Source of the DNA: Azolla caroliniana
Lineage: Eukaryota > Plantae > Polypodiophyta
Assembly: GCA_043228905.1 (NCBI GenBank)
Contig: JBHGNT010000089.1
Coordinates: 30,288 to 94,287 of the forward strand
Length of the DNA stretch: 64,000 nt
Direction of reading: 5' to 3'
The position numbers were made by a program, and so were the translations under genes. Position 1 is the first letter of the stretch. Each line of letters opens with the position of its first letter. The notes below the pieces were generated by a model. The model did not search any database, was not told the DNA's origin, and was given only the letters and a program-made list of their open reading frames with translations. Positions 60,086 to 64,000 of the stretch are shown one piece after another.

Positions 60086-63000
60086 TGATAACAAAAGATA
60101 TTAATTATGTTAAGAGAATATATAGTAGTAGCAAGGAGGCTTAAGTCTGGCATTGAACCGATTTGGTTAGAAATAATGCCTTGTGTCTCCTTTTATAGTG
60201 TTCTCAAGAGTACTCCTGAAGTGTTTAGAATGTTCAAGAAAAATCTGGAATATACATCTATTTTCTATACTAAAACTAAATGAAAATAATATTCTTCATA
60301 TTACAATAGATAGTCTAATGATCAAGAGCTCGGCCCATGTAACATAAGTTCATGGGTTCGAATCTTCTTATATCATGACACTATTCTCCCTTCAAAACAA
60401 TGAGTGTTATGAGTCGTTTTGGATTGAGGAGCCAATTTTTTTGGATATTGACGATGGAAGTCTTTAAGAAGAGCACGAGCACTGGTCACATTCTCAATTG
60501 GTTCCCAAGTACGCACGTTGGGACTATATCCTAGCCAATCGACTAAATAGTAGAGTTTGTTGCAAACAATCTTGGAATTGAGGATGGAAGCAACCTCATA
60601 CTCAGGTTCATCTCCAAGTTCGATCGGGGGTGGAGGTGGTTTAATATGACCTGGGATGGTGTTGTCCTGATAGGGTTCTAGGTTCGTCGCATGGGCGAGT
60701 AGTCTTGATGTGTCATCGTAGTAGCCATACCCGATCTCCAATGTTAAAGTTGGATGGAAGTTGATGATGATCCGCGTAAGCCTTGTGTGTTTGTTGAGCT
60801 TGTTGTAGACGAGTAGATAAATCCACTTGTATCTTGCATATATGCTCCAAACGATCCTCTGAGCAAGGATTTGTGGGCAACTCTTGGGTTTCAAATACAC
60901 ACCACCGGGGGTGACAACCCATGTAAGCATAAAATGGTGTGACCTTTGTCGATGAGTGGACAGAGTTATTATACGTGAATTCGGCGAAGTGGAAAATATC
61001 CGCCCAGTCATCTTGATGATAGCTTAGAAAGCACCGAAGATATTGCTCCAACGTTTGATTTGTTCGTTTTGGTTGGCCGTCTGTTTGCGGGTGGTAGCCG
61101 GAGAGGTTACAACTTACAAGTGACCTTGAGCATTTTGAAGAGGTGCTTCTAGAATTTCGTGTTTGTTGAGCTTGTTGTAGATGAGTAGATAAATCCACTT
61201 GTATCTTGCGTATTTGCTCCAAACGATCCTCTGAGCAAGGATTTCTGGGCAACTCTTGGGTTTCAAATACACACCACCGGGGGTGAAAACCCATGTAAGC
61301 ATAAAATGGTGTGACCTTTGTTGATGAGTGGACAGAGTTATTCTACGTGAATTCGACGAAGTGGAGAATATCCGCCTAGTCATCTTGATGATAGCTTAGA
61401 AAGCACCGAGGATATTGCTCCAACGTTTGATTTGGTCGTTTTGGTTGGTCGTCTGTTTGCAGGTGGTAGCCGGAGAGGTTACAACTTACAAGTGACCTTG
61501 ATCATTTTGAAGAGGTGCTTCTAGAATTTCGTGTTTGTTGAGCTTGTTGTAGACGAGTAGATAAATCCACTTGTATCTTGCGTATTTGCTCCAAACGATT
61601 CTCTGAGCAAGGATTTGTGGGCAACTCTGGGGTTTCAAATACACACCACCAGGGGTGAAAACCCATGTAAGCATAAAATGGTGTGACCTTTGTCGATGAG
61701 TGGACAGAGTTATTCTACGTGAATTCGGCGAAGTGGAGAATATCCGCCCAGTCATCTTGATGATAGGTTAGAAAGCACCGAGGATATTGCTCCAACGTTT
61801 GATTTGGTCATTTTGGTTGGTCGTCTGTTTGCGGGTGGTAGCCGGAGAGGTTACAACTTACAAGTGACCTTGATCATTTTGAAGAGGTGCTTCTAGAATT
61901 TCGTGTTTGTTGAGCTTGTTGTAGACGAGTAGATAAATCCACTTGTATCTTGCGTATCTGCTCCAAACGATCCTCTGAGCAAGGATTTGTGGGTAACTCT
62001 GGGATTTCAAATACACACCACCGGGGGTGACAGCCCATGTAAGCATAAAATGGTGTGACCTTTGTCGATGAGTGGACAGAGTTATTATACGTGAATTCGG
62101 CGAAGTGGAGAATATCCGCCCAGTCATCTTGATGATAGCTTAGAAAGCACTAAAGATATTGCTCCAACGTTTGATTTGTTCATTTTGGTTGGCCGTCTGT
62201 TTGCAGGTGGTAGCCGGAGAGGTTACAACTTACAAGTGACCTTGAGCATTTTGAAGAGGTGCTTCTAGAATTTCATGTTTGTTGAGCTTGTTGTAGACGA
62301 GTAGATAAATCCACTTGTATCTTGCGTATTTGCTCCAAACGATTCTCTGAGCAAGGATTTGTGGGCAACTCTGAGGTTTCAAATACACACCACCGGGGGT
62401 GATATTCCATTCAAGCATAAAATGGTGTGACCTTTGTCAATGAGTGGACAGAGTTATTATACGTGAATTTGGCGAAGTGGAGAATATCCGCCTAGTCATC
62501 TTGATGATAGCTTAGAAAGCACCGAAGATATTGCTCCAATGTTTGATTTGTTCGTTTTGGTTGGCCGTCTGTTTGCGGGTGGTAGCCGGAGAGGTTACAA
62601 CTTACAAGTGACCTTGAGCATTTTGAAGAGGTGCTTCTAGAATTTCGACACGAACTGGGGTCCACGGTCGCTAATGATATTATCGGGGAGGCCATGATGC
62701 AATGAGAAGATCCCTTAAGAAAATGCGACCTTTGCGTAAAAGAGTCCACTATTGCTAATAGCTCCTTATCATGAATTTCATAGTTGATTTCGGCTACGTC
62801 AAACTTGCATGAGTGGAAAGCCACAGGATGTAGCTTTTCATCATCGCCGTGTTGTGACAGAATGCTACCCAAGGCGAAATCTGTCATGTCTACCTCAATG
62901 ATGAATGGTTTTTCCGGATCAACATGAGCTAGAATAGGAGCTGATGTAAATGCCTTATTAAGAATCCCAAAAGTGATGTCCACATCTTCAGAACAAACGA

Positions 63001-64000
63001 ACGAGTGTCCCTTCCTGGTAAGCTCTATGAGTGGCAGAACAAGCTTTGAGTAATCCTGTATAAACCTGTGGTAGAAATTGGCAAAGCCTAAAAAGCATTG
63101 CACATCTCGCAACGAACGTGGAGTCTGTCATTCTACCACCATTTTGACCTTAGCGGATCATTGGAGATGCCTTCCGAGGAGATGACATAGCCTAGAAATT
63201 CCACCTGGTTGCACTTGAAGCTGCATTTTTCTAGTTTTGCATAAAGACCATGTTCTCGAAGCCATTTTAGTACTAACAGTACATGAGAATCATGCTCTTC
63301 TTGGGTCTTCGAATAAACCAGTAGATCATCCAAATAGATGATCAAACAAACATCCTAGAGATCTCAGAATATATCAATTGCCATGTGCTGGAAGATTGTT
63401 GCTGCATTAGTGAGACCGAATGGCATGATCGTATACTCGAAGTGCTCATATCTGGTGCGGAACGCGGTTTTCCATTCATCTCCTGGTCAGATCCGTGCGA
63501 GGATATATGCTCCTCGTAAGTCGATCTTTGTGAAGAACCTTGCACCATTGATCCGTTCTAAAATACTTGAGATAAGCGGAAGTGCATACCTATTCCTGAT
63601 GGTGATCTTATTCAAGCCGCGATAGTCTACGAAGAGATGAAGTGATCCATCCTTTTTCTTGACGAAGAAAATGGGTGGGCCGGCTGGAGATTTCGAATGT
63701 CAAATGAAATCGTTTGTCAAATTCTCCTCTATATTGGCTCGAAGTACTTCTAGCTCGGTTGGTGACAAATTGTAGATCGGTCCCCATGGTGGCTCTTTTC
63801 CCGGTTGTAAATCAATGGGGATTGTACCTTATCAAACACATCGACATACTGATGATACTTCTCTGGAAGTTGAACAATGGATTCCTCTTTAGTAGTGTTG
63901 GAAGGTTTTACTGATACCGCGAAGACAAACATTGCTTCCTTGCGTCCTTCCTCTCGCAATTGATGTAGCAAAATGGTTGCAATTGTAAAAAGAATAGCGT
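59943..64000 (-). mobile_element. Older decayed copy of the chromovirus D family (3' LTR ~59943-60380, pol to window end)
   Basis: LTR and pol align with D (YLDD, chromodomain EYEVASILNSK). Deletions and frameshifts. Confidence 0.92.
60787..62646. repeat. Five tandem copies of a 372-bp integrase segment
   Basis: Junction CTAGAATTTC|GTGTTTG recurs at 61158, 61530, 61902 and 62274 (one base changed at the last); native sequence resumes at 62647. Confidence 0.95.

Overview
Eukaryotic, transposon-saturated DNA, most likely from a non-seed land plant (it carries Tcn1-type chromoviruses, an RTE-X-like LINE, a pogo transposon and heavy CpG/CHG C>T decay). No host gene is recognisable. The window resolves into two deep nests bounded by LTRs/TIRs and target-site duplications (TSDs). 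Nest 1 (1-7200): decayed copia > solo LTR > pogo transposon > 113-bp satellite > solo LTR. Nest 2 (18920-55975): copia > copia > gypsy A (20868-54367), which holds gypsy B (21271-39263) and gypsy C (44987-54319); B in turn holds an intact chromovirus D (24192-29943) and an intact copia E (30764-36083). A full-length LINE lies at 12325-17630, and decayed chromoviruses fill 57-64 kb. Most notable observation: the related gypsy elements A and C have no polypurine tract before the 3' LTR. In its place is a 42-nt covarying hairpin that mimics the 3' end of the tRNA-Arg primer and ends in CCA two bases before the LTR. Element A also preserves a reverse-transcribed 48-nt copy of that tRNA at its primer-binding site (PBS). 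All alignments and counts were done by eye; lineage names are inferred from motifs, not from database searches.
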